From NCBI RefSeq assembly GCF_009914755.1, contig NC_060927.1: a DNA stretch of 64,000 nucleotides; one strand, given 5' to 3'. The stretch comes from the human T2T-CHM13v2.0 reference genome, Homo sapiens. Below the pieces are notes generated by a model. It had not been told where the DNA came from and searched no databases. It saw only the letters and a list, made by a program, of their open reading frames with translations. Made by a program: the position numbers and the translations under genes. Shown piece after piece: positions 61,841 to 64,000 of the stretch (position 1 is its first letter; each line of letters begins with the position of its first letter).

Positions 61841-62073
61841 GCCTGAGCAATATAGTGAGATCCTATCTCTACAAAACAATTTAAAAAAATAGCCAGACAT
61901 GGCCATGCGTGGTGGCTCACGCCTGTAATCCCAGAACTTTGGGAGGCTGAGGCGGGTGGATCATGAGGTCAGGAGTTCAAAACCAGCCTGGCCAAGATGG
62001 TGAAACCCCGTCTCTACTAAAAATACAAAAAAGATTAGCTGAGTGTGGTGGTAGGTGCCTGTAATCCCAGCTA

Positions 62074-62322
<249 letters not shown>

Positions 62323-62419
62323 TCATACCACTGCACTCCAGGCCAGATGACAGAGTGAGACACTGTCTCTTAAAAAAAAAAAATTAATATTAAAAAATCT
62401 CAATATTTACGACCCAGAG

Positions 62420-64000
<1,581 letters not shown>

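Overview
Human/hominoid genomic DNA (Alu-dense, with LTR12 and LTR7 elements). Bases 1-~25,200 hold the 5' end of UBP1 (LBP-1a, CP2/Grainyhead-family transcription factor) on the minus strand. Coding exons 1-3 (23621-23509, 9497-9346, 592-516) splice in phase, and there is a CpG island and a CCAAT-rich promoter. From ~27,000 onward the sequence is almost entirely transposon-derived. A MER57-type provirus (27078-52906, matching ATAG target-site duplication) has been inflated to ~25.8 kb by nested insertions. One is an 8.5-kb ERV9/LTR12 provirus inside an AluSp. The other is a seven-layer nest ending in a solo LTR7B. A MER65-type provirus fragment and L1 pieces follow. I see no new protein-coding system; nearly all listed ORFs are Alu or GC-rich artefacts. 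The most notable items are the TSD-supported nesting, strand-specific C depletion consistent with APOBEC3 hypermutation of the MER57 provirus, an ERV9 5' LTR lacking ~1.15 kb of U3, a tailless 5S rRNA retrocopy next to exon 2, and a predicted uORF-skipping alternative 5' UTR. Repeat family names come from remembered consensus sequences and need RepeatMasker/Dfam confirmation.
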